DNA of 64,000 bases from a virus: IMG/VR virus record IMGVR_UViG_3300049027_000085, positions 6,165 to 70,164 of that record. One strand, written 5' to 3'. Numbering within the stretch: the stretch's first letter is position 1; each line of letters starts with the position of its first letter. The notes below the pieces were generated by a model, which saw nothing but the letters and a program-made list of their open reading frames with translations, was not told the origin of the DNA and made no database searches. Position numbers and translations under genes: made by a program. Shown here piece by piece: positions 18,659 to 26,762 of the stretch.

Positions 18659-19581
18659 AGTGTCACCTCCTTGGGTCGGTTGAACATGTCACGGTTCGAC
18701 TTCTGCCCGTCTATCTTGCCGCGGAGCAGCTCGACCCCGATCGCTAAGAAGCACATCCGGTCCTTGAACGTGTCTTCCAATACCTCGTTGTTCGGCTCGT
18801 ACCCCTCACCGTATGCCGCCTCGACAAGTGATGTCTGCCGGTTGCGCTTCTCGACGTCGACCTTGTAGATCACGTCGAGGATGCCGTTCGGGTAGTAGTC
18901 TGCGGCCTTGACCGAGGAGTTCGGGTTCTGGTAGTCTTGGCCCTTACGCCGTAAAAGATCTATGCACTCCTGCAGCACCAAGATCGCCTCGCGGTCGTTG
19001 TCCGCCGGGTCGACTTTTCCTAAATGCTCTAACCCCTTGGAGGTCAGAAACACTTCAGGGTCAGCATACGCGCGTACTCGGTTGATCGCTTCGGTGATCT
19101 TGCTGTCGTCGATTAACATGCGTTTGTACTCAGCCTTATCTTCCGGGTCGAGCATGTTGAAGAACAGCTCGACGTCGACCGACTCCGGCCCGAGGTCAGG
19201 CTTCACCCACCCGTCAGGCTTGACGAGGTCCATACCCTCGCTGTTGGGGCGTTTGTCGTTGGACCCAACGACCTTCGTGTGGTTGGCTTTCATCACCTTG
19301 ACCCATGCGTCGTTCGCGCAGTCCGGGCCGACCAGGAGGTCAAGGGTGCCGGCGGCCACGACGATCAGGTCTATGAGGCCGTCGACGAGCTCCTCGGAGT
19401 TCATCTCGTAGGCGGCTTTTTCGGTCTCTAACAGCTCCTCCTCGAGGAACTGGAGCCTGTTGACCAAGCCCTTTGTGGTGAGCCGGTCGGGCGTGAAGCC
19501 GTACTTCTCGTGGAAGTTCTTGAGGTCGTCGAACACATTTCCGGTTATCTGCGGCGTTGGGGCCGCTGCTGTGTCGTTCAT
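18655..19581 (-). CDS. MazG-like NTP pyrophosphohydrolase fused to a nucleotide-modification-associated helical domain
   Basis: N-half: FLEEELLE..ELVDGLIDL..VMKAN..K..DLVKPDGW. C-half: ECIDLLRRKGQDYQNPNS...LEDTFKD, a domain seen next to base-modification genes in T4-like phages. Confidence 0.75.
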   Translation of the reverse strand: MNDTAAAPTPQITGNVFDDLKNFHEKYGFTPDRLTTKGLVNRLQFLEEELLETEKAAYEMNSEELVDGLIDLIVVAAGTLDLLVGPDCANDAWVKVMKANHTKVVGSNDKRPNSEGMDLVKPDGWVKPDLGPESVDVELFFNMLDPEDKAEYKRMLIDDSKITEAINRVRAYADPEVFLTSKGLEHLGKVDPADNDREAILVLQECIDLLRRKGQDYQNPNSSVKAADYYPNGILDVIYKVDVEKRNRQTSLVEAAYGEGYEPNNEVLEDTFKDRMCFLAIGVELLRGKIDGQKSNRDMFNRPKEVTL

Positions 19582-19594
19582 GATTTGTCTCCTT

Positions 19595-19717
19595 TCAAAC
19601 TAGATTTAATTTTCCCAAGATCGTTCTGACCACACGGTAAAGCAGTGTCGACACGTGCAGTCGAGGTGGCGGAACGTAGCGTATCGACTTCGACACGTTG
19701 TAAAGGTGTTTACTCAC
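19595..19717 (-). CDS. Small hypothetical protein
   Basis: GTG overlaps the upstream TGA, with an AAGGAGG RBS. Confidence 0.4.
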   Translation of the reverse strand: MSKHLYNVSKSIRYVPPPRLHVSTLLYRVVRTILGKLNLV

Positions 19718-20199
19718 AACGTCACCTCCTTGATGAATTGCTGTCTGAAGAGCGGCCAGTCCGCCTTCCACGCGTCGAGCATCCCGTACTGACCGCTCTT
19801 CTCCATCACTTTCCAACACTGTCTGAGGCTGAACATCACGCCGTAGTAGCCGATCGGGTAGTACTTCTTCTCTCGAGTGTTGAGCCGCCAGGTCGGGTCG
19901 TACACATTTCCGTTCTTGTCGACCACCCACGCGTGCATCGTCGGTATGACCGTGCAGGCGAAACCCTCGACGTAGATCAGGTCGTCTTGAAACAGGGTGA
20001 GCTCGAACGCGTTCTTGTAGCACTGCTTCTCTTCCCCCATCGGGTACTTGTTCAAGATCTCATAGTCGACGTCGAACTGCGCGCCGTTCTGGATCACGAA
20101 GTCTTCTGCCCCGCTGTAGTACCACCCCTTGGGAAGTGGCACTGACCAAGTTTTTTTCATCTCCACCATTTGGTGGAGGTACTGTTCTGTTGGTGTCAT
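19714..20199 (-). CDS. Hypothetical phage protein (possible Cys-His-Asp transglutaminase/papain-like fold)
   Basis: QCYKNA...YVEGFA...HAWVV....YDPTW. Strong RBS. Confidence 0.6.
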   Translation of the reverse strand: MTPTEQYLHQMVEMKKTWSVPLPKGWYYSGAEDFVIQNGAQFDVDYEILNKYPMGEEKQCYKNAFELTLFQDDLIYVEGFACTVIPTMHAWVVDKNGNVYDPTWRLNTREKKYYPIGYYGVMFSLRQCWKVMEKSGQYGMLDAWKADWPLFRQQFIKEVTL

Positions 20200-20316
20200 T
20201 GCTCAATCTCCTTTCAAAAGATGTCATAGGTGGGGGCCTAACAGCCCACAGTCGGGCCCCCACCGATCAGGCGATACGGCCAAACCTGATCATTGTTCAC
20301 GGGCCGTCTTTTTCAT

Positions 20317-20434
20317 TGGCAGGGACGTCAGGACTCGAACCTGAAGATCTCCGTTTTGTACACGGTGTCGGTACTCCTATAACGCTATGACGAAGCATTA
20401 CGCCGCTATAAACGGCTTTACGACCCACGTCCCT
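20317..20434 (-). tRNA. Atypical tRNA-like RNA: tRNA-Trp-like acceptor, ACA anticodon, expanded D-arm
   Basis: Acceptor AGGGACG/CGTCCCT followed by G-CCA. T-arm TCAGG-TTCGAGT-CCTGA. Anticodon arm CCGT-GTACAAA-ACGG. D-stem GTCG/CGAC encloses about 50 nt with two hairpins. Has its own promoter upstream. Confidence 0.7.
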
Positions 20435-20474
20435 AAAATTGTCAAAATGGTGTCTTCTCAAATGCGACTTAAAG

Positions 20475-20506
20475 ATCGTAGCACGCGATCATTTGGAAGT
20501 AAATAC
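20475..20506 (-). promoter_or_regulatory. Phage sigma70-type promoter (copy 1) driving the tRNA-like gene and modification operon
   Basis: GTATTTACT-17 bp-TACGAT with TG extension and an upstream A/T tract. Confidence 0.7.
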
Positions 20507-20516
20507 TAGAAATGAC

Positions 20517-20560
20517 TTTTTTAAAAACGATTCAGGGTGACCGTTGCGGGTCACCCTGAA
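20517..20560 (-). terminator. Intrinsic terminator after the replication operon
   Basis: 12-bp perfect stem TTCAGGGTGACC/GGTCACCCTGAA followed by TCGTTTTT. Confidence 0.65.
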
Positions 20561-20635
20561 CTGTTTGAAAGGAGGTCCCAGGCGGGACCGTGTTGAGCAA
20601 GATAACAGTACCACGTTTGACACGAATATGTACAC

Positions 20636-21067
20636 CTAAAATTCTCTCTTCTCCCACTGTTTCTTCTTGTAGCTCACAGCTATGAATTTGAAGATCGGGA
20701 ACTGCTCGGCGGCGACCTTGATCTTCACCAGCGCGTCGTCCGTCCACCAGCCCTTGACCTCGTGAATCTCCAACGTCAAGTCGTCCCGCATCACGAGGAA
20801 GTCTGGGCGGTAGTATGTGTTGTCGGCCAGTCGGAGATTGAACGGCTTGGGTGTGTACCACGGCACGTCATCGGCCAGGTCGAGCATCGTGGCCCACGCC
20901 CTCTCGGTTTTGTTGAGTGGGTCATCCTTTACGCGGCCTATGGCCTGCATACGTTGCAACGACGTGGGCTCCTGGGCGTCCCGTGGCGCCTTTTTCTTGT
21001 CAGGCCTTATTCTGCCTTCACGTTCCAGCCGTTCGAGGTCCTCGTCGTCAAGCCGCAATCCCTTCAT
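20636..21067 (-). CDS. PD-(D/E)xK endonuclease (DUF1064-like)
   Basis: NKTE..W...YYRPDFLV....EIHEVKG...DALVKIK. Confidence 0.75.
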   Translation of the reverse strand: MKGLRLDDEDLERLEREGRIRPDKKKAPRDAQEPTSLQRMQAIGRVKDDPLNKTERAWATMLDLADDVPWYTPKPFNLRLADNTYYRPDFLVMRDDLTLEIHEVKGWWTDDALVKIKVAAEQFPIFKFIAVSYKKKQWEKREF

Positions 21068-21446
21068 CTTTCCTCCGATTCAGCCAGGTTCCGCTCCCGC
21101 GGCCCTTGCGGCCCTTGAGGAACTTGATCACAGGGGTGAGGTTGTACACGATACGTCCGTCGTCGTTGCTGAACCACATGCCCTTGAGGTTGCCAGCCGT
21201 GCGGTGCTTGATCAGTAACGCCTTGTTGGTCTTGAGCCCCTGTCGCTTGGCTTCCTCCAAAACCTCGCTTTCCGTCGCCAGCTTGATGCCCGGCGTTGAC
21301 TCCCTGAGGTAGTCGTCGACCAGGCTCAGCAACACGTCACGGGGCGTGAAGCCGTTGTAGGTCGCGACCTTCTGGAACTTCGTGAAGCGCTCCTCCTCTT
21401 TCGAGTTGAACATCTTCAGGTTGAATGTACGTACTGCCTGTTTCAT
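21048..21446 (-). CDS. Hypothetical, probable DNA-binding regulator
   Basis: Basic protein with an RHH-like N-terminus (TFNLKM...VLLSLVDDYLR). Confidence 0.5.
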   Translation of the reverse strand: MKQAVRTFNLKMFNSKEEERFTKFQKVATYNGFTPRDVLLSLVDDYLRESTPGIKLATESEVLEEAKRQGLKTNKALLIKHRTAGNLKGMWFSNDDGRIVYNLTPVIKFLKGRKGRGSGTWLNRRKDEGIAA

Positions 21447-21485
21447 CTTGAGCCCATCCTATCATGTAAAATACCGAAATTGACA

Positions 21486-23372
21486 CTAAAATTGCGGGTC
21501 CTCTTCGTTCACCACGCCCGGCTGACGCTCGACCGGCCCCAGCACCAACCCGTGCTCGACGATCCTCAGCGTCACGGGGTCGAGGTCGATCGCCACCGTC
21601 CTGCAGGTGCCTGCACCGTTGCGCGCTTTCGTAATCGCTATGCTTCGTCTGTGCTGCACCACGTCTTGGCTGTCGTCAGCCTTGAGGACACGTGTGAACC
21701 CTGGATTCAACTCTTCCGAGTGCTGCAGCCAGATATTCGTGTGCGTGAAGCGGTGCCACGCCTGACCCCCCGCTGCCCCCTCAGTCCCCGGCTTCTTGAC
21801 GCCGGGCTTTTGGTGGGTGGTGGCGATCAGGCTCATTCCGGCGTCGTTGATGATGCTCTGCGCGGTGAGAACGAACTTTTGGTCACTCTCCCACTGCTTG
21901 TTGGCCATCTCCATGGCGGTCACCGGGTCGATAATGGCCACGCTGTAACCGGATGCCGCGATCTTCTCGAGCCACTGCAGCACCGCCTTGGGCGTCATCA
22001 TCTTCGCCTCCAACGTGGTGACGTGCTCGAAGTACGCGTCCAACCTGTCACGTACCGACATGAAGATCTCCTGGGCCTCGTCACAGTGCTCACGCTGCCA
22101 GATGGCGTCGGTGTACTCGGAACGCCCCGCCATCTGGGCGACGCACCGTTTCTGGTAGTCGATCTTGCCGTCCTCGAGGAACAGGGTGGCGCACCGGTCA
22201 CCTGCCTCGTTGAGACACCACCCAGCATACATCGCGATGAAGCTCTTCGCGGAGCCTGGGTTGCCGATCAGCAAGGTCGACTTGCCTGGCAGCGTCATCT
22301 GCGTCAGCTTGGTGAGGACCGGCATCCCCGGCAGCTCCACCAAACGGTAGTTCCCGTCGTGTATGTCGTAGAGGTGCTCCTGAAACTCGAGGCTGGGCGT
22401 CCACGGTATAGCCTGACGGAAGATCGACTCGAGCCGCGGCATCGGGTCGCCGTTGACCTTGGCGAGGAAGTCCGCGATGTCATCCTTCTCCTCAGGCTCC
22501 CAGCCGCCGATCCTCGTCACGTCGACGACCTTGATGGAACGCGCGAACTTCCTGATCAGCTCGATCACCTCGGTCTGGTACCGCTTGCCCGGCCGGTCGT
22601 AGTCACGCCAGATGGTGACGTCCTTATCCGTGAGTGGCGTCCAGTCGGTCAGGTCGGGAGCCTTACCGCCGCCCGGTGAGGTGGTCGCCGCCCAGTCAGG
22701 CATGTTCACCCTGGTGAAGTGCTCGACGCACTTCTCCCCCTCGACCACCAAGACATTTTGTGCAGTGGTGACCCGGCCGAGGTTGTAAAGCGGCCGGTTG
22801 TTCGGTAAGCTCTCGAAGTCCCACCCCTTCGCGGAGGTGAAGGTCGCCTGCAGGACGCGCTTGCCCTCGCCGGGGACGTCGAACCGGACGGTCGCGAAGC
22901 TGCACCCACCGGTCGACGGGTCGTCGTACTTGTGGATCGAACCGAGCGCGAAGTTGGGGTGCCGTGACAGATACTGCTGCACCAGCCCCTCGATCGTCGA
23001 CGGTCCGACGGGTACCTGACTCGGCGCGGCAGCTGACAGGTAAGTCATCGTCTGTTCGATCGACGACACTTCCTGCTTGAAGGCAGCCCGCAATGAGGTG
23101 TTGTTACGGAAAGCCTGCAAAGCGAAGTAGTCGAGGTGCAGGTCGCAGGCGTAACAGATGAAGTAGTAACCGCTGGGCAGCTCCTTCACCTCGGCGGACG
23201 GGTTCTTGTCGTTGTGGTAGGGGCAGAGGAACTTTCCGGATCCTGGCGGGACGCGTTTAACGCCGTCCTCCATCAGGATCTTCTCCATTCTGTACCGGTC
23301 CTTCTTGATCTCTGACTTCTGTTGTTCGCTCAACTCTGTGAAGTCTTCAGGGTCCTCTTGTTCTCTCAACAT
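21486..23372 (-). CDS. DNA primase-helicase (CHC2 zinc finger, TOPRIM, RecA/DnaB-like helicase)
   Basis: CPYH.DKNPS..CYAC, VVEGEK, DYD, DDIAD, GNPGSAKS, IIDP, ITKARNG. Confidence 0.85.
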   Translation of the reverse strand: MLREQEDPEDFTELSEQQKSEIKKDRYRMEKILMEDGVKRVPPGSGKFLCPYHNDKNPSAEVKELPSGYYFICYACDLHLDYFALQAFRNNTSLRAAFKQEVSSIEQTMTYLSAAAPSQVPVGPSTIEGLVQQYLSRHPNFALGSIHKYDDPSTGGCSFATVRFDVPGEGKRVLQATFTSAKGWDFESLPNNRPLYNLGRVTTAQNVLVVEGEKCVEHFTRVNMPDWAATTSPGGGKAPDLTDWTPLTDKDVTIWRDYDRPGKRYQTEVIELIRKFARSIKVVDVTRIGGWEPEEKDDIADFLAKVNGDPMPRLESIFRQAIPWTPSLEFQEHLYDIHDGNYRLVELPGMPVLTKLTQMTLPGKSTLLIGNPGSAKSFIAMYAGWCLNEAGDRCATLFLEDGKIDYQKRCVAQMAGRSEYTDAIWQREHCDEAQEIFMSVRDRLDAYFEHVTTLEAKMMTPKAVLQWLEKIAASGYSVAIIDPVTAMEMANKQWESDQKFVLTAQSIINDAGMSLIATTHQKPGVKKPGTEGAAGGQAWHRFTHTNIWLQHSEELNPGFTRVLKADDSQDVVQHRRSIAITKARNGAGTCRTVAIDLDPVTLRIVEHGLVLGPVERQPGVVNEEDPQF

Positions 23373-23386
23373 AGGTTGCTCTCCTT

Positions 23387-24250
23387 TCAGTTGTAAATTT
23401 CTTCCATACGCGCCTTCACCTCAGCCGGCCAGGTGTCCGGGTTGTAGCCGTAGAACTTCTGTGCGTCTTCAATGCCGTTGATCTTCCACGCCGGCGGGAT
23501 GTTCTTCTTCTCGCGCTCGGCGACACGACGCATCCACTTCTTCCACGCCGCGATCCAGCCTCCACCTTCAACGCATTTGTCTCCAGTCGCCGTGTAGTGA
23601 TCTATGAAATTCGCGTGTTCAACGGTCAGAATGTCACGCGTCAGCTGTTGGGGATACATTCGCTTCATCTCGTCGATCGTCTCTTGAGGCGGCTTGAACT
23701 TCGGATCGACCGTTGTTTTAACTGTTTTAACCTTCACCTCCTTGGTCGGAGTGGGTTCAGGATTCGGTGGGTCTGGGATCAGCGCGGGCTGTGTTTTTTC
23801 TATTTCGGAAGAGGTGTTAACCTCTTCCTTTTTATATTTACCTTTATACCAGACATTTTCGTCTGGGGCTGCAGACATTTTCGTCTGTAGGGCTACAGAC
23901 GATTTCGTCTGCAGGGGTACAGACGATTTCGTCTGTAGGGCCCTCACCGGATTACCAGGGAGGTAAAGGTGGCGGGCCTTAACTTCTTTGGTCTCAGGGT
24001 CTACGATCACCTCACGTTCTAGGTAACCGTATTCGACCAGTTTAGAGACGGATCTTCTGATCGATGTTTCTGTGGTTTTGGTCAATTCAGCTAGATAGGA
24101 GTTACGTGCGTAGCAGTAACCTTGCTGTGTGGTCAAGGCTGTAATTCGCCCATATAACAATTTTTCGGTCGATGTGAGCCGGTCGTCGTCGAGAACAATC
24201 GCAGGTATTACGGCGTAATACCCGTGATGAGGTTGATCTGGGTTTTCCAT
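23387..24250 (-). CDS. Replication initiator (lambda O/HTH_36-like)
   Basis: YYAVIPA.V..D.RL...KLLYG.I..L....GYC.A.NSYLA..LVEYGYL. Contains internal iterons. Start taken as ATG at 24250. Confidence 0.8.
   Translation of the reverse strand: MENPDQPHHGYYAVIPAIVLDDDRLTSTEKLLYGRITALTTQQGYCYARNSYLAELTKTTETSIRRSVSKLVEYGYLEREVIVDPETKEVKARHLYLPGNPVRALQTKSSVPLQTKSSVALQTKMSAAPDENVWYKGKYKKEEVNTSSEIEKTQPALIPDPPNPEPTPTKEVKVKTVKTTVDPKFKPPQETIDEMKRMYPQQLTRDILTVEHANFIDHYTATGDKCVEGGGWIAAWKKWMRRVAEREKKNIPPAWKINGIEDAQKFYGYNPDTWPAEVKARMEEIYN
23850..23935. repeat. Four palindromic 16-bp iterons (probable origin) next to an AT-rich tract
   Basis: CAGACATTTTCGTCTG at 23850 and 23872, CAGACGATTTCGTCTG at 23896 and 23920. 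AT-rich stretch at about 23826-23849. Confidence 0.8.
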
Positions 24251-24258
24251 GGTTAAAC

Positions 24259-24418
24259 AAAAAATGCCCTGAGCTGAAACCCGCCCGTGGTGACTCCGGC
24301 AGGTTGTCAACGGTCAAGCTAGCAACGCTACAAAGACAGAACGGGCCTCAGCTCAAGGCACTGCTGTTAAAAGAGTCTTGTACGTATTGTTAGCGTCGAT
24401 TGACGCCAGCTTGACCGT
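24259..24418 (-). promoter_or_regulatory. Structured leader of the initiator gene with alternative stems
   Basis: Stem A (24265-24277 with 24348-24360) is followed by a T-tract. Crossing stem B (24310-24320 with 24408-24418) is a perfect 11 bp. Confidence 0.5.
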
Positions 24419-24456
24419 GATATTTATACAACAGGTCTGCTCAACATGTACACTGC

Positions 24457-24717
24457 TCACGAGCAGTTCTTACATATTTTTTCGATCCGGTCATACGTCT
24501 CCTTGAGCAGGTCTGCCATCTGTTTGATGTCCGCTGCAGCCTTGAGGTTAAGGTCGAGGTACTTCTTCAGGGCGGCGGCCACGGTCGGGAAGTAAAGCGG
24601 GTCGTAGGCGACCAGCTTCCCGTCCTTCGTTGCTTGGTAGAGGAGGACCCAGCAGTGCGGGTCCTTCTTGAGGGTGTAGTTCTTGTCCAACACGATCACG
24701 TCTTCTTTTCCTTTCAT
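24457..24717 (-). CDS. Hypothetical protein
   Basis: Clean ORF with RBS, in the operon. Confidence 0.6.
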   Translation of the reverse strand: MKGKEDVIVLDKNYTLKKDPHCWVLLYQATKDGKLVAYDPLYFPTVAAALKKYLDLNLKAAADIKQMADLLKETYDRIEKICKNCS

Positions 24718-24729
24718 GGTAGTTTCTCC

Positions 24730-25197
24730 TTACGTCTGCCCGTTGAGGGACATCATCTCGGCTTTCAACCTGCTGTTCTCACTCTGGTGCCACATCAGCT
24801 GATTGGTCAGCATCTGGTGGTACTTCCCGGCCGTGTTGGCCTGTGCTTCCCAGTAGTTGAACGGCTCCATCACGGCCTTCGCCTCCATGTAGACCACAGA
24901 ATTCGTGAAGTCGACAGTCGGCTTGAACTTCGGGTCCGCAAAAGCGAGGCGGCAAAGTTCCTTGGCCTGTGGGTCTTGAAGAAGCTCCCACTGCTTCGAC
25001 TGTACTAACCCCGTGATGACGGTCTCGTAGGTCTGCTTCTGTTGGAACAGCGTCGCCATCTGCTGTGCCGCGTGGTGGTACTCGTAGGAGGCCTGCGCCA
25101 TCCTCTCGAGTAGCTCGTCCGGCGTGTAGCGCGTCTGCTCACGGTGCGGTATCGGTTCGATCTCGATTATGTCGTAGATCGCTTCTTTAAGTGCCAT
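24730..25197 (-). CDS. Hypothetical coiled-coil protein
   Basis: TAATG coupling to the upstream gene. Confidence 0.6.
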   Translation of the reverse strand: MALKEAIYDIIEIEPIPHREQTRYTPDELLERMAQASYEYHHAAQQMATLFQQKQTYETVITGLVQSKQWELLQDPQAKELCRLAFADPKFKPTVDFTNSVVYMEAKAVMEPFNYWEAQANTAGKYHQMLTNQLMWHQSENSRLKAEMMSLNGQT

Positions 25198-25496
25198 TAT
25201 CTTAGATCCTCCTTCAATTCTTTCCTTGCTTGGGCCCGCGCCCCCTTCAACGTCCGTTTGTCCACCTTGACGATGTGCTTCGCCTTCTTCTCGATCTTGG
25301 CGAGGTGGTGCTCCACAGCCCGTTGGTAAAGGCCTGCGACCGGCAGCCGGTAGGTGTCACGTGACCCCTTCAGCCTGAACCCGATCATCGCGCCGTCCCG
25401 TGTCGGTTCGACGCTCACTATTATATTCCTGTGCTGCGACCTCTCAAAGATGCTCGCAGCAGTCTCACGTTTTATCGGTTTGTTTAACTTAGGCAT
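25197..25496 (-). CDS. Hypothetical basic phage protein
   Basis: First gene after the leftward promoter. TTGAAAGGAGG RBS. Confidence 0.65.
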   Translation of the reverse strand: MPKLNKPIKRETAASIFERSQHRNIIVSVEPTRDGAMIGFRLKGSRDTYRLPVAGLYQRAVEHHLAKIEKKAKHIVKVDKRTLKGARAQARKELKEDLR

Positions 25497-25522
25497 CGCT
25501 CAAATACCTCCTTTCAAAAGCA

Positions 25523-25555
25523 ACCCTAACACGGACGGAATCAAAAGTAAATACC
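25523..25555 (-). promoter_or_regulatory. Phage promoter (copy 2, leftward)
   Basis: GGTATTTACT-17 bp-TAGGGT with TG extension. Confidence 0.65.
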
Positions 25556-25595
25556 AGCGTTAATTTTTTTCCTGACTACAGAAAAGTACAACTTT

Positions 25596-25628
25596 GGTAT
25601 TTACTTCTATATATCAACGTGTTACGAT
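25596..25628 (+). promoter_or_regulatory. Phage promoter (copy 3, rightward), divergent from copy 2
   Basis: GGTATTTACT-17 bp-TACGAT with TG extension. Confidence 0.7.
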
Positions 25629-25656
25629 CTTCTGGGTCGAGGCGACTCGGCTACAT

Positions 25657-25696
25657 CAAACACCAAAGGAAACAAACACCAAAGGAAACAAACACC
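25657..25696 (+). repeat. Tandem 16-bp duplication containing the RBS
   Basis: CAAACACCAAAGGAAA x2.5 directly before ATG 25697. Confidence 0.8.
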
Positions 25697-26707
25697 ATGG
25701 CACTAAAAGAAAATTCGCCACTAGCAAACAATTTCCTCACGATCAAGCACCACGCGATCTGCAAGGAGCTCAACCCGAAACCCTCGACGCCTGAAGAGAT
25801 CGAAGAGGCGCTACGTAATAAGTACCAGGAACTCACCGTAGAGAACCCGTCGGACATCAAGCCGGACGGCAGCAAGGGCACCGTTCAAAAGTGGGTCCGC
25901 AAGTTCGGCAGCCTCGAGGGCAAGATCGTCGGGCTGGAGTGGTACGACCGGAAACAGAACGTGAACGGCCGTGAGGTCCGCTTCATGGGCCTCAAGATGA
26001 AGATCAAGGACGACGAGACGTACATCCTTGACCTCCCGTTCGGCACGAAGGGCTACGATGTGTTCACCCGCGTGATGGAGGACATAGAGTACTCCAAGCC
26101 GATCGAGATCAGCGTCTGGCACGACAAGAAGAACGGCAACGCCACGGCAGTGCTGTTCCGTCAGGACGGCGACTCGATCAAGTGGCGGTACACCAGGGAG
26201 TGGAACAACAACGTTGTCCGCGGCCTCGGCGCCAGCAAGCACACGGAACAGCTCGGCTACGACCTCCACGAGGCGCTCGAGGCCGGGGCGGTCGGTGCCG
26301 ACCTCATGCAGAAGGTGATCGACGCGGGGTTCGTCGTCGCACCGCCGCCGGTGCACAACCCGCTGGCCAAGCCACAGTGGAACTTCGACGCGCAGCGGGC
26401 GTTCCTTTGGAACCGCCTCAACAACATCGTCATCCCGAAGGTGCAGGAGCTGAACCCCAAGTTCGACGAGCCTGTCCCTGAAGAGGTGGATCCGACGGAC
26501 TTCACCCCGCCGGACGGCGACATTCCTTTCGGCCCTGACGACGTCAAGCCGATCCAGAAGGCTGTACCGACGGCCCAGGCCCAGGCGGCTGCAGCGCCAG
26601 CTGCGGCACCTGCCGACCCGCTCCCGAACGGAGGCTTCACAGGGATGCCACTCCCCGCTGAAGAGCCGTCAGGCTGGGTACCTCCCGGCGCTGAGCCCCA
26701 GTACTAA
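25697..26707 (+). CDS. Probable single-stranded DNA-binding protein
   Basis: Beta-rich core with an acidic Pro-rich tail containing DGDIPF. Lies just upstream of the polymerase. Confidence 0.55.
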   Translation: MALKENSPLANNFLTIKHHAICKELNPKPSTPEEIEEALRNKYQELTVENPSDIKPDGSKGTVQKWVRKFGSLEGKIVGLEWYDRKQNVNGREVRFMGLKMKIKDDETYILDLPFGTKGYDVFTRVMEDIEYSKPIEISVWHDKKNGNATAVLFRQDGDSIKWRYTREWNNNVVRGLGASKHTEQLGYDLHEALEAGAVGADLMQKVIDAGFVVAPPPVHNPLAKPQWNFDAQRAFLWNRLNNIVIPKVQELNPKFDEPVPEEVDPTDFTPPDGDIPFGPDDVKPIQKAVPTAQAQAAAAPAAAPADPLPNGGFTGMPLPAEEPSGWVPPGAEPQY

Positions 26708-26711
26708 CCTG

Positions 26712-26736
26712 AAGGGGAGGGCTTCGGCCCTCCCTT
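26712..26736 (+). terminator. UUCG hairpin after the SSB-like gene
   Basis: GGGAGGGC-TTCG-GCCCTCCC with a weak U-tract. Confidence 0.5.
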
Positions 26737-26762
26737 GACCCCACCTGAAAGGAGAGAAACCC

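Noticed and set aside
20229-20316. HDV-like (theta) ribozyme or c-di-GMP riboswitch after the tRNA
   Set aside because: No room for P3/L3 and no recognisable GEMM consensus. Kept only as an unnamed structure.
20317-20434. tmRNA interpretation of the tRNA-like element
   Set aside because: No G3-U70 pair or A73 discriminator, too short, no tag frame, and an anticodon-like arm is present.
20563-20592. Plus-strand TTGAAAGGAGG RBS motif
   Set aside because: No properly spaced start codon or credible ORF follows.
23850-23935. CRISPR-like array
   Set aside because: Spacers are only 6-8 bp and the repeats sit inside the initiator gene, so they are iterons.
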